Shown here in pieces: positions 1 through 11,326 of a stretch of 61,413 bases of DNA. Both the position numbers and the translations under genes were made by a program. The stretch covers positions 1-61,413 of the forward strand of contig NW_021833678.1 in the NCBI RefSeq assembly GCF_006345805.1, given 5' to 3'. This DNA is from Octopus sinensis (Eukaryota). Each line of letters opens with the position of its first letter. Position 1 is the stretch's first letter. The notes beneath the pieces were generated by a model, which saw only the letters and a program-made list of their open reading frames with translations, did not search any database and was not told the origin of the DNA.

Positions 1-240
1 TTTGTCTGTCCTTGTTTGTCCATTCTGTGTTTAGCCCTTGGGGTAGTAAAGAAATAGGTATTTCGTCTGCCGCTACGTTCTGAGTTCAAATTCCGCTGAG
101 GTCGACTTTGCCTTTCATCCTTTCGGGGTCGATAAATTAAGTACCAGTTACGCACTAGGGTCGATATAATCGACTTAATCCGTTTATCTGTCCTTGTTTG
201 TCCCCTCTGTTTGTAGCCTCCTGTGGGTAGTAAAGAAATA
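1..240 (+). mobile_element. tRNA-derived SINE family A, tandem multimer truncated by the window edge
   Basis: B-box GAGTTCAAATTCC, conserved core GTCGACTTTGCCTTTCATCCTTTCGGGGTCGATAAATTAAGTACCAG, and tail ...GGGTAGTAAAGAAATAG joined directly to internal GTATTTCGTC. The same sequence recurs more than 15 times in the window. Confidence 0.9.
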
Positions 241-800
241 AGAGTAGAAATTCAAATATTGGTGCATGTCCGTATTTTTGTAAAATATGTCTGTTGTGAC
301 TTTCGAGTGGTGTATTGTTACGTAAAATTTCAGGAATGGTAATTCATCATTACAGGTTTCTGACGTAAATTTGATAGATGGGTGAAGTGAGTTGAGGATA
401 TTATCAAATATTTATAGATCTTCATTTGATCTGTCCCCTAAAAATGAAGCAGTCATCGAGGAAGCGACTCCCCCTTTCAATGATGTCTTTCTTGCAATTA
501 TTATGATTAAAAGCTTTCACTCCTTCCTCATAAAACTTTTCTTCTAAAACCCCTAGGACTAGGTTAGGGTATTAGGGTGCAAACCACGTCTCCATAGCGT
601 ATGGCCTTGGTAATGAAGTCCCTTTTGAAGCGTTCGTCTATCCATCCTCTATGTTATTCTACCAAGTGTTTGGTTGTTTCCAGGCCCAAAGTGTGAGGTA
701 TATTAGTATAAAGATTAGTGACGTCAAAGCATGTAAGTAAAGAATCTTCTTGGACAGTGTGTGGAATGTCCTTGTACCATCTTTCGGATATACTCATCGA
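241..800 (-). pseudogene. Penelope-like element (PLE) reverse transcriptase fragment, degenerate
   Basis: Manual minus-strand translation across stops and frameshifts gives FDVTNLYTNIPHTLGLE, AMETWFAP*YPNLVLGVLEE, RFLDDCFIF, NSLHPSIKFTSETCNDELPFL and TTDIFYKNTDMHQYLNF. These are PLE RT motifs. There is an internal deletion between them. Confidence 0.85.
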
Positions 801-844
801 ACCTTTATATCCATTAATACCCTGCTACATACGAAACGACATGA

Positions 845-969
845 ATGCACAAACGCAAACACACACACGCACACACACATATACGCACCGCCGCGCGTTT
901 TTTTATACACACGATTTTATACAAAAACATACACACATATATATAGTCTTATGCGTAATTACAATCATC

Positions 970-1057
<88 letters not shown>

Positions 1058-1135
1058 TTATATATATATTAATTTGCTGTATATGTATATAAATGATATG
1101 TACGTTTGTGTAAATATAAATATATATTATATATA
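845..1135. repeat. compound microsatellite (CA)n/(TATC)n/(TA)n
   Basis: Seen directly; it accounts for the low-complexity ORFs 718-1190. Confidence 0.9.
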
Positions 1136-1732
1136 ACGAGCTATATAAAGTGTTGTACTCAGATAGTTCAGTAACCTGACGCTTTTGCATATTAGTACCG
1201 TGAATTATTCGGCAATCGTTCAGGCTGAAATGACATACTTACATCAAGAGGAATTGCAAATAAAATAAAATATGAAAGAAAGCCGAGGGCATAAGTGTTG
1301 TGAACGAAACACGGGGCATAAGTGTTGTGTGATTTTATTCTGTTAGATGTGGCTACAGAAAACATCTCCTCTTTACTGAAACATTAGGAACACACATATT
1401 TGCGCATTTGACTAGTCGTACGTGGCTCGCTCATTCTGGTTTAGCAACAAGTTTGGCCTCTCTTTTGGCAAAAAAATTGACTTCAAAAGTAGATAAGACA
1501 ACAACCAGTTTTCTTCAAGCCATGTAGACAGAAAAAAAAAGCACGAAGCTTGCAATCCACATTTAGAATGTCAAGGAAGAAATGTAGCACACACCATCAA
1601 GCGAATCATACAGAATTCAATGCCGTTTATTAATGGATAAAAACGATGCAGCTTTTGTGTATCTGAAAGAACACACGTCCTTATTAAAGTAAAGAATTGC
1701 AACGACATTCTAAATCGGGATCAGAAATTTCT

Positions 1733-2335
1733 CATTTCTTTTTTGCCCACAAGGGGCTAAACATAGAGGGGACAAACAAGGACAGACAAACGGATTAAGT
1801 CGATTATATCGACCCCAGTGCGTAACTGCTACTTATTTAATCGACCCCGAAAGGATGAAAGGCAAAGTCGACCTCGGCGGAATTTGAACTCAGAACGTAG
1901 CGTCAGACGAAATACCTATTTCTTTACTACCCACAAGGGGCTAAACACAGAGAGGACAAACAAGGACAGACAAACGTATTAAGTCGATTATATAGACCCC
2001 AGTGCGTAACTGGTACTTATTTAATCGACCCCGAAAGGATGAAAGGCAAAGTCGACCTGGGCGGAATTTGAACTCAGAACGTAGCGTCAGACGAAATACC
2101 TATTTCTTTACTACCCACAAGGGGCTAAACACAGAGAGGACAAACAAGAACAGACAAACGGATTAAGTCGATTATATAGACCCCAGTGCGTAACTGGTAC
2201 ATATTTAATCGACCTCGAAAGGATGAAAGGCAAAGTCGACCTCGGCGGAATTCGAACTCAGAACGTAGCGGCAGACGAAATACCGGTAAGCATTTCGCCC
2301 GGCGTGCTAACGGTTCTGCCAGCTCGCCGCCTTAC
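1733..2335 (-). mobile_element. SINE family A trimer (one full head plus two headless units of about 181 bp) with 13-bp TSD
   Basis: Three tandem core+tail units. ATCAGAAATTTCT occurs at 1720-1732 and 2336-2348. A single 5' head AAGGCGGCGAGCTGGCAG lies at the right end. Confidence 0.9.
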
Positions 2336-2758
2336 ATCAGAAATTTCTACAAGTGCTATTATCGAGTTAAAAGACACTTACCTCATCGTACTAGACAAAC
2401 TGTTTTACGTAGGTTAGCTTTTTCTCCACTCAACTACCCTCACTACACATGATTATTTTAGATGTAAAAACTAAGAATTAACAATGATCTTCACCTAACG
2501 GATAAAAGTGCAAAAATCTCAACCCCTTTTCCCTCAGATGTTTTTTCTTGATGTCTTCTAATTTTTGTTGCCCTTTCCTACGGAATTGCCAATTCATTTG
2601 AACCTGAATGATGGCCAGATTTCACAGAATACTCTACGAAGCCTGTTCAGTTACTGAATAGCTGAGCATCTGCCTTAAATTATTCATCATCCTCAGGACT
2701 GTGTTCAGTTTGCTAATCGTAAAAACAAGGGAAATGTACTCTATGTGTGTGTGCATGT

Positions 2759-2795
<37 letters not shown>

Positions 2796-2911
2796 TTTGC
2801 GTGTTTGTTCGCGCGCGCGCGAGTGAATATATATGAAAGACTCCCTTCCCGCCCTTTAAACTAATACATCTGATTGTTGTTTACACACCCGCCTTCCTCT
2901 TTTATGAATTC

Positions 2912-2950
<39 letters not shown>

Positions 2951-2953
<3 letters not shown>

Positions 2954-3353
2954 CGCAGGAATGGCTGTGGTAAGTAGCTTGTTTACCAACCACATGGTTC
3001 CAGGTTCAGTCCCACTGCGTGGCACCTTGGGTAAGTGTCCCTACTATAGCCTCGGGGGCGACCAAAGCCTTGTGAGTGGATTTGGTAGACGGAAACTGAA
3101 GAAGCCCGTCGTATATATGTATATATATATATTTATGCGTGTGTGTGTTTGTGTGTCTGTTTGTCCCCATAGCATTGCTTGACAACCGATGCTGGTGTGT
3201 TTGTGTCCCCGTCACTTAGCGGTTCGGCAAAAGAGACCGATAGAATAAGTACTGCTTACATAGAATAAGTTCCGGGTCGAGTTGCTCGATTAAAGGCGGT
3301 GCTCCAGCATGGCCGCAGTCAAATGACTGAAACAAGTAAAAGAGTAAAAGAGT
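2951..3353 (+). mobile_element. CORE-type tRNA SINE family B (OR2-like), full length with internal (TA)n/(TG)n
   Basis: A-box TGGCTGTGGTAAG, B-box GGTTCAGTCCC, CORE-like GTGGCACCTTGGGTAAGTGTC, and 3' end ...GACTGAAACAAGTAAAAGAGT. Many paralogues occur in the window. The family name is from recall and was not database-checked. Confidence 0.85.
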
Positions 3354-3368
3354 ATATATATATATAAC

Positions 3369-3415
<47 letters not shown>

Positions 3416-3526
3416 TTATATATATATTATATATATATATATATATATATGTAGCGTGGAAGGTGTTTATAAGCCATTTAAGAAACACACAAAAGCCGTT
3501 CGATTCAATTCAACTTTTAAGTTTAA

Positions 3527-3576
3527 TTTGTCAAAATATTTTCGTCACTAAAATCCGCGACCTGTTCACTGACAAA
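3527..3576 (-). ncRNA. second copy of the G3-C8 hammerhead-like motif on the opposite arm
   Basis: Reverse complement reads UUUGUCA GUGAACA G GUCGC GGAUUUUA GUGAC GAAAAUAUU U UGACAAA. The single stem II change (C to U) keeps pairing as G-U. Confidence 0.6.
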
Positions 3577-3597
3577 ATCCGTGCTGCATCTCGGATT

Positions 3598-3647
3598 TTT
3601 GTCAGTGAACAGGTCGCGGATTTTAGCGACGAAAATATTTTGACAAA
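3598..3647 (+). ncRNA. hammerhead-ribozyme-like motif, G3-C8 variant with short palindromic stem III
   Basis: Stem I UUUGUCA (3598-3604)/UGACAAA (3641-3647). Core GUGAACA (3605-3611) plus an extra G. Stem II GUCGC/GCGAC, then GAAA (3631-3634). Palindrome AAUAUU (3634-3639), H17=U3640. Confidence 0.65.
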
Positions 3648-4363
3648 TTAAACTTAAATGTTGGAGTGAATCGAACGGCTTTTGTGTGTTTCTTAAATGG
3701 CTTATAAACACCTTCCACGCTGCAATTGTTTTCGTTTCAGCATACGATCTCAGATCAAATTACTTGCTATGCGAGTACATCTCCGTATATATATATGTAT
3801 ATATATATATATATATGGATATGTATATATGTATATTAAATCTATTATCTTGCATATATATTTTTAATATATTTATTTGTTTATAGATTTAAATGAAATG
3901 TCTACGTATTCCTATATTCTTAATGTATCATTTATATACTTGTTCTTTGAATTCGTCTGAAACCGGAGCCATGTTTGTGGATTAAATTACTTGGTCTTAT
4001 GTTTTATCTTGAATTATATTTTTCTCTCTTTTGTCTCAAGTTCCTCTTGAGCACTCCTAATTGCAAACCTGACTTTATGAGAGAATTTCTCATTATCATA
4101 TTCTTTCTCAAAACAAATTATATATATATATATATTATATATATATCTTAATGTAAATATATATATATATCAATATATTAAATATATATATATCTATATA
4201 TATATATATATATATAAATATATATCTATATATATATATTATATCTATATATATATCACACACATATATATATATATATATATATAATATATATATATAT
4301 AAATATATATATATATAATATATACATATATATATTATATATATATTTATTATATATATATAT

Positions 4364-4394
<31 letters not shown>

Positions 4395-4439
4395 ATTATA
4401 TACATATATACATCTTTCCATCTTTCATCGCATTTGTTT

Positions 4440-4925
4440 TTTTACTATTTCAGTCATAAGCATGCGGCCATGCTGGGACACCACCTTGAGGAATTTTAAT
4501 CATTCGAATCGACACCAGTCCTTATTATTACTCGGTCGATTACTGTTTGCTGAGCGGCAAATTTATAGGGACGTAAACCCACCAACACTGGTTATCAAGT
4601 TGTGGTTGAGGGACAAACGTAGACACAAAGATACACACACATGCATAAATACATACATAAACCTACGACTGGCCTTCATAGCTATACATACATACACACA
4701 CACACACATTCACACATACAAATATATGTATGTTCTTTTATTTTTTTTACGTGTTTCAGTCATTTAACCAAGGCCATGCTGGAGCACCGCCTTATCGAAC
4801 CAAGGGTTTATTTTTTTGTAAGCCTGGTACTTATTCTATCCGCGTGTTTTGCCAAACCGCTGAGTTACGGGGACTGAAACACACCAGCATCGGTTGTCAA
4901 GCGATGCTGAAGGAACAAACACATA
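4440..4925 (-). mobile_element. two SINE family B-like 3' tails (an older one at 4440-4625 and a younger one at 4752-4925)
   Basis: Reverse complement of ...GCGGTGCTCCAGCATGGCC...GACTGAAAC and ACAACCGATGCTGGTGTGTTT. Confidence 0.75.
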
Positions 4926-5000
4926 CACACAAATGCATGGATACACACACATACATACATACATGCATACATACATAACATATATATATTATACATATAT

Positions 5001-5063
<63 letters not shown>

Positions 5064-5071
<8 letters not shown>

Positions 5072-6014
5072 AAAGGGCTTAGTAAAATAAATTACTTTGC
5101 CGCATACTGAACTCATTAGAAATAGCAGCTAAAAATTCTTTTTAAAACTATTTCCAATACTTAAAGAAAACCTCTCTCATATATTGTTTGCTCAATTCAA
5201 CTCACGAAAGTATGGGGGTAGAGACATTAAAAAATCAAATGCAAAGTTATTTGAGAACGTACGTTTCAAGATTAGTCAAAATCGACACTTCTATCAGCAG
5301 CTCAGAACTCCCTGGTTTGGATTTGAAAACACTGAAAGTGGGAGCATACCCTTCGGCTTGTTATCGCTTCTGAAGATCTGCTCGAAACTAACAGTGCCAA
5401 CAAACTCAAATATGCAGCGAAGAATTTCTGCTCTCCCCTTTCCACCAGCGTGGTTAAAATCACAAAAACTATGCTTTTTTCGGTAAAATCCGAGGCATTT
5501 AAATAGAGAGAGATGAATTATAATTTCAACAATTGAGGGTAAAATTAATTAATTAATCAATTTCACCAAGTATTCAGTTTGTTGGCACTGTTAGTTTCGA
5601 GCAGATCTTCAGAAGCGATAACAAGCCGAAAGGGTATGCTCCCACTTTCAGTGTTTTCAAATCCAAACCAGGGAGTTCTGAGCTGATGATAGAAGTGTCG
5701 ATTTTGACTAATCTTGAAACGTACGTTCTCAAATAACCTTTGCATTTGATTTTTTAATGTCTCTACCCCCATACTTTCGTGAGTTGAATTGAGCAAACAA
5801 TATATGAGAGAGGTTTTCTTTAAGTATTGGAATAGTTTTAAAAAAGATTTTTGCTGCTATTTCTAATGAGTTCAGCATGCGGCAAAGTAATTTATTTTAC
5901 TAAGCCCTTTTATATAATGTAATAATTTGAATTCGCCTTAAATGGTCCCTTTGCATACTGAATACTTGGTGAAATTGATTAATTAATTAATTTTACCCTC
6001 AATTGTTGAAATTA
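5064..6014. repeat. nested inverted-repeat element: 343-bp arms plus a second overlapping 58-bp inverted pair
   Basis: 5064-5406 is the reverse complement of 5576-5918 with few mismatches. 5521-5578 is the reverse complement of 5957-6014. The element is flanked by (TA)n. A diverged relative lies at about 15190-15370. Confidence 0.9.
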
Positions 6015-6297
6015 TTATATATATATATATATAGTATACATATATATATGTATATGTATGTATATATATATGCATATATATATTATATATATATTAATAT
6101 AATATATATATATATATATGTATATGTATGTATATATATGCATATATTATATATATATATATGTAGGTCCCGGGTTGAGTCGGGGTTAACCACAGTAAAT
6201 AACTCCTGATGATTCTTTTGAATGAAACAGTTCTAGTCCTGTAGAAGCTCCTTCTATAAAATAAATAAATAAATATATATATATATATATATATATA

Positions 6298-6465
6298 CTA
6301 AGCGTGTCTTTCAGTTTCCGTCTACCAAATGCACTCAGAAAACTTTGGTGTGCCTGAAGATATGGTAGAAGACACTTGACGAGGGTTCCCAGCGGTGGGA
6401 CTGAACCCGGAACCATGTGGTTGGGAAGAATATTTTTTTTTTTACCAATGAGCCACGCCTATGCA
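6298..6465 (-). mobile_element. SINE family B head
   Basis: Reverse complement of AACCACATGGTTCCGGGTTCAGTCCCACC...GGTAGACGGAAACTGAAAG. Confidence 0.8.
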
Positions 6466-7109
6466 TAAACGCATACGCATATTCATACATACGTGCGTGT
6501 GTGTCAGTGTGAGTGTGTGTGTGTGTGTGAGAGAGAGAGAAAGAGAGAGTGTGTGTGTATACAATTAGATCTGTATACAATTAGATTCTTACATATATAA
6601 AGTACAAAAAAAGCTTCTTTTTTCTCACTTAATTTAATCCGGCATTTTCACTAAGTCAGGTGACACTTACAGGTCAACTCCATCAGGCCAATCATAATCC
6701 GAACGCTTTGTAGCCAAATAGAAATGTTCAACAAATACAACTTTCATTGAAGAAAATTATTTTGATATTTACCAAGTCTATTTTTATATTTCCAGTCAAG
6801 TTTTTGTAACAAAACACTTCGTTGTCGTAATGAAAACGTATTATTCATGTTAAACACATCAACTAATTCATACAGCGCCTTTGCTTATCTCGGCTGAAGT
6901 ATAATCGTATGTCTAACTTTACTATCATAAAAATATGTCAATTGGAACGAGAGCCTTTTTGTTAATATGTGATGGGCATTGAGAAATAAATTTTGATAGA
7001 AAAAAATAAAAATCTTATATATTTTCCATTGTCTTCCCTAATTCCTTCACAGTTCACTAAATTTCCATTTTATTAGTCTGAATCTGTAGTTAATAACTTG
7101 GCAGAGGCC

Positions 7110-7217
7110 TCCTGCGCTACGCTTGTTTAAATGTCTGAATTCTTGGACATTCTGTGTTGCAGTCTACGATTTGTCTTTGTCCCCTGCATATAATTTTAAG
7201 TCAGCCATATAGGAAAG
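7110..7217 (-). pseudogene. non-LTR retrotransposon RT catalytic-motif fragment (R4/Dong-like)
   Basis: Minus strand reads LSYMADLKLYAGDKDKS*TATQNVQEF, resembling the LFYMDDLKLYA motif of R4-clade RTs. The fragment is short and degenerate. Confidence 0.55.
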
Positions 7218-7741
7218 AAGAAAAAAAAAACGAAAACTTATTAATTCATCACTATAACTAAAGTTGTATACAATCGGACAATGAGGTTCAGTAGGTGTAT
7301 TAAGAATGTCAGAGCTGAGCAAGAAAAAAGAATGAAGTAACACATATAAAAAAATAGATAAATGAATAAATATATATAAAAATGAAGTGAAAAAAAAATG
7401 GAGGAAAGGAAAAAAAGAAATCGGATTGGAAATTCCAATCTTTATTGGAAAAGTTGTTAAATTGTTTTCCTTGATATGTGATATCATTTTCGTCTTCCTT
7501 AAAACACGGCTGTTCTGAAAATGCAATCGTGGAAATATCTGGTTTAAACGGAGTGTGTCTAATAACTAACAGGGTGGAACAATGTTTTAGTGTTCATCCA
7601 CGCTGTGATTGAGTCGCTCTGTCTTCCTTATTGTCCGGTTATATTTCTATATTTCTATATTAATCAAAGTGGTACTGAAATATGGAAGGGATTTGTGCGT
7701 TAACACAAATACACACACACGTATATCTATCAATCTCTCTG

Positions 7742-7834
<93 letters not shown>

Positions 7835-7852
7835 TTCTAACTATCTATCTAT

Positions 7853-8515
7853 TGGCTGTGTGGTAAGTATCTTGCTTAAGCACCATATGGTTCTGGGTTC
7901 AGTCCCACTCTGTGTCACCTTGAGCAAGTGACCTCTACTACAGCCTCGGGCCGACCAAAGCCTTGTGGGTTGATTTGGTAGGCGGAAACTGAAAGAAGCT
8001 CGTAGTATATATGTATGTATATGTATATATATATATATAAGTTCAGCAAAAATTTAGATTCAAATCTTTGTCTATATATCTACCTTCTCTATAATGTTGC
8101 CACTTGATATGGAAATTTTTGTATTAATGGAAAACCTCTATAATTGGCTGATGAGTGTTCAGCATTTAAAGCTGTTGTAATACTTTCAACATTTAATAAA
8201 ATGATGTAGTACGAAACGATCGTACCAAATTACCGGAGTCATTCTGGTTGCTTACTTATCTATATATATATGTATATATATATGTGTGTGTGTGTGTGTT
8301 TGTGTGTGTTTGTGTGTGTCTGTGTTTGTCTCTCTTACATCGCTTGACGACCGATGTTAGTGTGTTTACGTCCCCATAACTTAGCAGTTCGGCAAAAGGG
8401 ACCGATAGAATAAGTACTAGGCTTACAAAGAATATGTCCTGGGGTCGATTTGTTCGACTAAAGGCGGTGCTCCAGCATGGCTACAGTCAAATTACTGAAA
8501 CAAGTAAAAGAGTAT
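7853..8515 (+). mobile_element. SINE family B split by an insertion in its internal microsatellite
   Basis: Head at 7853-8010 and tail at about 8310-8515. Foreign sequence at 8039-8260 lies between (TA)n runs. Confidence 0.8.
8141..8232 (+). ncRNA. hammerhead-ribozyme-like motif with canonical core, long stem II and palindromic stem III
   Basis: Stem I UAAUUGG (8141-8147)/CCAA(A)UUA (8225-8232). CUGAUGA at 8148-8154. Stem II GUGUU (8155-8159)/AGUAC (8208-8212). GAAA at 8213-8216, palindrome ACGAUCGU at 8216-8223, GUA cleavage triplet ending at 8224. Confidence 0.75.
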
Positions 8516-8589
8516 ACGTGTCTATCTACAGCTCCGACTATTATCTACCTATCAATCAATCTCTCTTTTTTTCTCGCACTCTCTCTCAT

Positions 8590-8810
8590 ACACACACACA
8601 CACATACATACATACATACATACATACATACATACACACATACATACATACATACATACATACATACATACATACACACACATACATACATACATACACA
8701 CATACATACATACATACATACATACATACATACATACATACATACATACACACACATACATACATACATACATACATACACACATACATACATACATACA
8801 TACATACACG
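8590..8810. repeat. (CATA)n microsatellite
   Basis: Seen directly; source of the HTYI/MYVC ORFs. Confidence 0.95.
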
Positions 8811-9121
8811 TAGATATATATTTTTCAGAAAATGTCCGCCTCAACGTTTTATCTTCGTTTCCCCTATTTTAGCAACAGTGTTGGATACACAGAGGTTGCC
8901 ATGTCTGAAGAGGGGGATAAAAAAAACCCAGAAGAAAAGAAATCACCACAGAAGGACAATTTTTTATTATTTGAAGGCCCTAATCAGCGGCTACGCGAAT
9001 TAGCTTGAAAATATTGCTTCGTTTGTCTTTATTTATTCGGAACTAAACGTAACTTCTTTACAACTTACTTCCGCTTTACTTCGTTATGCTATATTTCGTC
9101 ACATCATTTTTCTCTTTTGTT

Positions 9122-9585
9122 TAAGGCGGTGGGCGTGTAGAATCTTTACCATGTCGGACAAAATGCTTAGCGGCATTTCGTCCGCCTCAACATCCTGAAG
9201 TAAATTTCCACCGAGAGTCGACTTTATTTTCATCTTTTCGGTGTCGATAAAATAAGTACCTATTTCTTTATTACCCACAAGGGGCTAAACACAGAGGGGA
9301 CAAACAAGGACAGACAACCGGATTAAGTCGATTTCATCGACCCCAGTGCGTAACTGGTACTTAATTTATCGACCCCGAAAGGATGAAAGGCAAAGTCGAC
9401 CTCGGCGGAATTTGAACTCACAACGTAACGCAGACGAAATACCGCAAAGCATTTCGCCCGGCGTGCTAACGTTTCTGCCAGCTCGCCGATAAAATAAATA
9501 CCAGCTGCGTACTGGGGTCGAGGTAATCGACTTACCCGTTCACCTGAAACTAATGACATTGTGCCTTAATTCGAAACCAATATTT
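9122..9585. mobile_element. old plus-strand SINE family A interrupted by a younger minus-strand SINE A (9261-9487) with 15-bp TSD
   Basis: GATAAAATAAGTACC (9246-9260) and GATAAAATAAATACC (9488-9502) flank the inner copy. The outer copy continues with CAGCTGCGTACTGGGGTCG. Confidence 0.85.
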
Positions 9586-9924
9586 CTGTTTTGTAAAGTT
9601 GTATAGTCTAATGTTTATGAAGATTTACACAATCATATAATCGCCCTTAACCAGGCGACGAACATCTCGCTTTATATTGCATTACTCCAGATTTTCCTTC
9701 ATTATACCTTTCGCTCCCGAAGGATCATAGAATCATAGACCCATGATGAATTTATCCCACAGTTATCATTTCTTAGCTGTTTCTCTGTTTCCCTTCTCCT
9801 AGGTCTTGTTAGTTTTGAATTGTAATCTACCTTTCTATGACTATGTTATTTTTTCTAAGTAACGATGTTGGACCTAATCAAATTCTAAATAACTTTGAGA
9901 ATGGGTACAAGATCTCTCAACATG

Positions 9925-10080
9925 TAGGATGAAAGGCAAAGTCGACCTCGGCGGAATTTGAACTCATAACGTAAAGACAGACGAAATACTGCTAAGCATT
10001 TCGCCAGCTCGCCAACTCTGCCAGCTCGCCAACTCTGCCAGCTCGCCAACTCTGCCAGCTCGCCAACTCTGCCAGCTCGC
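9925..10080 (-). mobile_element. partial SINE A whose head region is expanded into 4.6 copies of a 17-bp unit
   Basis: GCCAGCTCGCCAACTCT repeated at 10003-10080. Confidence 0.85.
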
Positions 10081-10444
10081 TACATCGATGAGTCCAGGGA
10101 ACAGAAGAAAGAAGAAGAAAGAAGTCATGCACCCAACACCAGAGCTGAAGACACCTCCGAAAGTGGAGGGGGGGGGCACCACGTCAAAACGGTAGAGGAG
10201 TAGGGGCCGAAACCGGACGTGGTTCCTCCTGATGTCTTGAGCTAACTGGATCCTATAAAGGAGCTGTTGTGGTAGCAGACCACGAAACACGGTTGTAATT
10301 CCTCAGAATCTGTGGCATATGTTGATTCCGATAGGATTTGAAGTTGGAACTTAGACGGTGGTATTTGAGTGTTGTAAATTATTTAGAAATTCCAACGCTC
10401 TGCTGTTTCCGGCACACCCAAAAATCTTCAACCTAAAGAATAAC

Positions 10445-11065
<621 letters not shown>

Positions 11066-11326
11066 AAAAGGACGGAGCAAGGGTGTTACTGCCGTAAAGA
11101 TGGAGAATGTTTAGGTCGACACACAACACACACACACACATACACACACACAAATCCATGTACAAACCTAAACACACACACACACATACACACACACACA
11201 CACACACCAACACACACGCCGACACACACACACAGATACTCACGCACACTTACGCACCCATGCATATGTTTCAAGATCTCAAAATATCGCCGAAAGTGGG
11301 TCGGCAACAATTATGCTGAATATAAC

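Larger units (their letters stand above)
3450..3724. repeat. near-perfect palindrome of about 275 bp (PLE-type terminal repeat joined tail-to-tail)
   Basis: Arms 3450-3581 and 3592-3724 are reverse complements with only a few substitutions and a 1-nt indel. The loop is 10 nt (TGCTGCATCT). The two mirrored ORFs MFISHLRNTQKPFDS... reflect this symmetry. Confidence 0.95.

Noticed and set aside
550-580. TAGGTTAGGGTATTAGGG telomere-like string
   Set aside because: It lies within the antisense PLE RT coding sequence (AP*YPNLVLG) and is coincidental.
1165-1250. CTGACGC...GAAATGACATA hammerhead-like string
   Set aside because: A9 is altered, there is no stem II, and the segment pairs better as a simple hairpin that sequesters GAA.
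5370-5392. CTGAAGATCTGCTCGAAAC as an active hammerhead
   Set aside because: No stem II pairing, no palindromic stem III and no correctly placed stem I; at most a deleted relic.
6195-6240. CTGATGA-TTCTTTTGAAT-GAAACAGTT hammerhead-like string
   Set aside because: 10.1/11.1 mismatch and no stem I; possibly a decayed relative but not supportable.
10130-10310. GC-richer structured segment with GTGGT-AGCAG-ACCAC-GAAAC
   Set aside because: A stem II-like hairpin is present but there is no CUGANGA core or stem I, and its origin is unresolved.
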